Assembly (NCBI GenBank): GCA_017744365.1
Contig: JAGIBL010000001.1
Span: 771,416 to 803,415, forward strand
Direction of reading: 5' to 3'
Source of the DNA: Nocardioidaceae bacterium
GTDB lineage: Bacteria; Actinomycetota; Actinomycetes; Propionibacteriales; Nocardioidaceae
DNA length: 32,000 nt
In this document: in pieces, positions 31,283-32,000 of the stretch
How positions within the stretch are numbered: the stretch's first letter is position 1
How the letters are laid out: every line of letters begins with the position of its first letter
The notes under the pieces: model-generated
What the model was told of the DNA's origin: nothing
Database searches by the model: none
Seen by the model: only the letters and a program-made list of their open reading frames with translations
Made by a program: the position numbers and the translations under genes

Positions 31283-31878
31283 GGGATCGTGTCGACCACG
31301 GCGTCACCCGCGGCACCTTCAGCCTGGACGGGCAGACCTTCGACGTCGAGAACAACGTCTGGGTGGTCGGCGACGACACCGAGTGCGTGGTGATCGACGC
31401 CCCGCACGACGTCGACGCGATCCTCGCGGTGGTGGGGGACCGGCGGGTCAAGGCGATCGTGTGCACGCACGCCCACGACGACCACGTCCGGGTCGCGCCG
31501 GCGCTGCGGGAGAAGGTGGTCGCGCCGATCCTGCTGCACCCGGACGACCGGCCGCTGTGGGAGCTCACCCACCCCGACTACCTCTGGGACCTGGACCTGG
31601 AGGACGGGCTGGTGATCGAGGTCGGCCGGACCACCCTGCGGGTGCTGCACACCCCGGGCCACGCGCCCGGCGCGGTCTGCCTGTACGCGGAGGACCTGGG
31701 CTGCGTCTTCACCGGGGACACCTTGTTCCACGGCGGTCCGGGCGCGACCGGGCGGTCGTACTCGGACGCCGACCTCATCGTGGCGTCGATCAAGGAGAAG
31801 CTCTTCGCGCTGCCGGACGAGACCGTCGTGCACACCGGTCACGGCGAGGACACCACCATCGGCGCGGAACGCTTCTAG
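31279..31878 (+). CDS. MBL-fold hydrolase, glyoxalase-II-like, the usual partner of mscR
   Basis: It has a GTGA overlap. It carries CTHAHDDHV (HxHxDH), HTPGHAPG and HTGHG. Confidence 0.85.
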   Translation: MRDRVDHGVTRGTFSLDGQTFDVENNVWVVGDDTECVVIDAPHDVDAILAVVGDRRVKAIVCTHAHDDHVRVAPALREKVVAPILLHPDDRPLWELTHPDYLWDLDLEDGLVIEVGRTTLRVLHTPGHAPGAVCLYAEDLGCVFTGDTLFHGGPGATGRSYSDADLIVASIKEKLFALPDETVVHTGHGEDTTIGAERF

Positions 31879-31879
31879 C

Positions 31880-32000
31880 TCAGCGGGACAGGTGCCGGGC
31901 CTGGGCGAAGCAGAACAGCCCGTAGCAGGCGATCCCGGCCGCGACCGCGACCAGCAGCGCCGGCCCGAAGGGCTGGTCGCGCACGGTCCGCAGAGTCTCG
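31880..32000 (-). CDS. DUF1206-like membrane protein; only the C-terminal 40 codons and the stop are in the window, the rest of the gene lies beyond the right edge
   Basis: My own minus-strand translation reads ...ETLRTVRDQPFGPALLVAVAAGIACYGLFCFAQARHLSR, then stops (TCA at 31880-31882). It has high GC3 and a C-terminal TM pattern typical of DUF1206 repeats. It is too short for the ORF track. Confidence 0.5.
   Translation of the reverse strand, partial: ETLRTVRDQPFGPALLVAVAAGIACYGLFCFAQARHLSR

Noticed and set aside
1-32000. I looked for a CRISPR array, tRNA or rRNA genes, transposase or integrase genes, terminal inverted repeats of IS elements, toxin-antitoxin pairs and defence systems.
   Set aside because: I saw no spaced identical repeats, no cloverleaf-compatible AT/GC patterns in the few intergenic gaps, and no recombinase, transposase or nuclease-type translations. 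All substantial ORFs are metabolic, transport or regulatory. A tRNAscan, Infernal or ISfinder run would be needed for certainty.

Overview
The window is a densely coding, very GC-rich segment. It looks actinobacterial: there is a mycothiol-type formaldehyde dehydrogenase, lipobox lipoproteins, and many ATGA/GTGA start-stop overlaps. I could support about 37 protein genes. By eye I found no rRNA, tRNA, CRISPR array, transposase or integrase.

Layout, left to right:
- 1-3691: the tail of a sugar-type ABC importer, then an MBL hydrolase and an HSL-type esterase.
- 3691-5310: two MmyB-like XRE regulators, tail to tail.
- 5486-9055: a coupled operon of aldo/keto reductase, DhaK, DhaL and a BKACE (DUF849) enzyme.
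- 9115-9501: an orphan small secreted protein.
- 9470-13017, minus strand: a Rieske oxygenase operon (PDR-type reductase, SDR, capless alpha/beta-hydrolase-like protein, 73-aa protein, Rieske oxygenase).
- 13227-29979: a roughly 17-kb catabolic island.
- 30182-31878: the conserved mscR plus MBL-hydrolase pair.
- 31880-32000, minus strand: the C-terminal end (stop codon at 31880-31882) of a DUF1206-like membrane protein gene that runs off the right window edge.

The island is the most interesting part. It is two tightly coupled operons separated by a MarR gene.
- Module A (13227-21897) has a CUT2-type ABC importer, a PuuE-like deacetylase-fold enzyme, an SDR, an isochorismatase-like hydrolase, a PhtD-like protein and a 522-aa asparaginase-fold protein.
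- Module B (22636-29979) has a NitT/TauT-type ABC importer, an isochorismatase-like hydrolase, a DUF1989 protein, an NMT1-type lipoprotein binding protein, a cytosine-deaminase-like amidohydrolase, a second CSHase-type isochorismatase-like hydrolase, a second PuuE-like enzyme and a class II aldolase/adducin-fold protein.

This enzyme mix points to breakdown of a nitrogen-rich cyclic amide, ureide or guanidino compound. I cannot match it to any published pathway.

Three AT-rich intergenic islands carry a recurrent TCTAAG/CTAAG motif, two near-identical promoter-like architectures and a conserved 17-nt box. That suggests one shared regulator, probably the MarR, which may also tie the Rieske operon to the island.

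All functional calls come from motifs I recognised in the supplied translations. No database search was possible.
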